The notes under the pieces were generated by a model. That model saw only the letters and a program-made list of their open reading frames with translations. It ran no database searches and had not been told where the DNA came from. From NCBI RefSeq assembly GCF_001194135.2, contig NC_068982.1, positions 171,173,957-171,237,956 of the forward strand: 64,000 nucleotides of DNA, given 5' to 3'. Positions 62,358 through 64,000 of the stretch are shown here, one piece after another. A program made the position numbers and the translations under genes. The stretch is from Octopus bimaculoides (taxonomy: Eukaryota). How positions within the stretch are numbered: position 1 is the stretch's first letter; each line of letters opens with the position of its first letter.

Positions 62358-63332
62358 AAGGGATAAAGCGTAGCATGGGTTTAATATGGAGACACCTTTC
62401 AACGAGTATAACAGATTTTGCATGACACGTTTAGCATTTTATATACCGCGCATGCAGCCTATAAACAAAATATTGTTGTTGCTATTGTTGCTGCTGCAGC
62501 TGATTTTTTTTTTATATAATTAGAAATCATGATCATTACTACCATCATCATCATCATCTTCGTCATCTTCGTTGTCGTCGTCGTCGTCGTCGTAGTAGTA
62601 TTAGTAGTAGTAGTAGTAGTAATCATGATCATGATCATCATGGCTATATTTGGCTATTTTATTATTTTTGTCATTCGTGGTACTATTATCTTGAATATTA
62701 TTGGTGCAGCGGCTGCTGCTGTTGTCATCTCCCAACTTTATTTGTATTTAAAATTATAATTAAACATATTCCCTTGAACAAGTACAATTTTAAAAACTGA
62801 TTACTATAACATTTCACGAGTTTATTAAATTGTCTCAGACTAATTACATTTTCCGAGATGCACGCCAACTGATGAATAAACTAGAGCACGTAGAAACACA
62901 CATGCACACAACAGTAAACATGCTGACACATGCGCATTCTTATGCACACACGCTAGGGCGTGTATGTGGAATTTGAATAGCTCGAACGATATATAATATA
63001 TATGTTAAAAAAATGAACACGTGCAAATAAGCGCACACGCTTCGTGTTATATAAACACTGGATAGCACAAACATACCCAAAAACATTTACATACATACTT
63101 GAATATGCAAACAATCAAGTAATAACAGATACGCAGAACCGAACCATGCAACATCTGTTAGATATGAGAACTAAATTACCGTCGAACGACACAAATCGTT
63201 CCTACAAAAGTCTCACTTCCGAAATATTGACTGCAGATCGGATATTAGAAACATGGTTGTGACATGTGTAAAGTCTCATCTCTCACTCTAACATATGCGC
63301 GTGTATGTATCTGCGCGCGCGCTTGTGTGTGT

Positions 63333-63480
63333 GGAGTGCTGTGGCTGAATGTTTAGGATGTCCCACTGATGATCGTAAGATTGTGGTCTTGGTTCCTGAC
63401 GAAAGAAGTGTTGCGGTCTTAAGTAAAACAACTCGTTAGACTTTGGCTCAGTTCACTCAGATGGAAAAGAATGAGCAATC
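63333..63480 (+). mobile_element. SINE family C, diverged
   Basis: GTGGCTGAATGTTT (A-box-like), TTGGTTCCTGAC (B-box-like), GTGTTGCGGTCTTAAGTAAAAC..GGCTCAGTTCACTCAG..AATGAG. Confidence 0.6.
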
Positions 63481-63488
63481 CTATGAAG

Positions 63489-63603
63489 ACCACCAACCCG
63501 TCAAGGACCACCCATCAAGCACCACCATCCCGTCAAGGACCACCTGTCAAGCACCACCATCCCGTCAAGGACCACCATCTCGTCTAAGATCACCATCCCG
63601 TCC
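63489..63603 (+). repeat. GC-rich minisatellite with a ~32-bp higher-order unit (CCCGTCAAGGACCACC..TCAAGCACCACCAT)
   Basis: CCGTCAAGGACCACC occurs three times, alternating with TCAAGCACCACCATC, then decaying copies. Confidence 0.9.
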
Positions 63604-64000
63604 GGTCTTTGAATCTTATAGCTCGGTCAGGAATTTTGATCTTTCTGGTATACATGTATATGTGTGTGTGTGTGGGGGGGCGTGTGTGTCCATGTGTGTG
63701 TGTGGTGGTGTACGTGTTTGTGCTTGTGTGTGCGCGTGTGTGAGTGTATGTGTACATATATATTAGCTTGTATATATGTGTGTGTGTGTATTTATATATA
63801 TATATATATTATCAAAAAATATGGCAAAAAATCATATATTAATTAATATCGATTAATTACCAGGAAGCTAGCACATTTAAAGAATCAAAGAGATCACGCT
63901 ATATTTCATGTTGAGAACAATTTAGGTCTTTTTAGACACAAGATGTGATCTATTTCTAGCACATTGATTGTCCACGTTAGTGGTCAACGTCATATATATA

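Overview
AT-rich, microsatellite-saturated eukaryotic DNA from a short-read draft assembly, with 15 N-gaps, most flanked by simple repeats. The tRNA-derived SINE families and repeat landscape look like an octopus (cephalopod) genome; this is inferred from recalled sequence, with no database search. I find no convincing host-gene CDS, and nearly all ORFs in the track are microsatellite or N-gap artefacts. The window reads as intergenic or intronic DNA built from mobile-element debris. DNA elements: a mariner relic, a near full-length DD37D (maT) transposon, a 125-bp MITE and two other inverted-repeat elements. Retroelements: five R4/Dong-type (RLE) LINE fragments, all on the minus strand and several embedded in microsatellites, a Tx1/L1-type 3' end, a Penelope-like element with GIY-YIG endonuclease, CR1-like scraps and about 15 SINE copies in 3 families. 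The most interesting observations are (1) several minimal hammerhead-ribozyme-like motifs, the best at 52561-52662, plus a repeated family with a variant CUGU core; (2) an R4/Dong-type LINE inserted inside a (TATG)n array rather than the classical (TAA)n; (3) an old ~1.1-kb inverted duplication (16.7-17.8 kb vs 19.7-20.9 kb) with hints of coding ancestry. All alignments, translations and pairings were done by eye, and boundaries are approximate.
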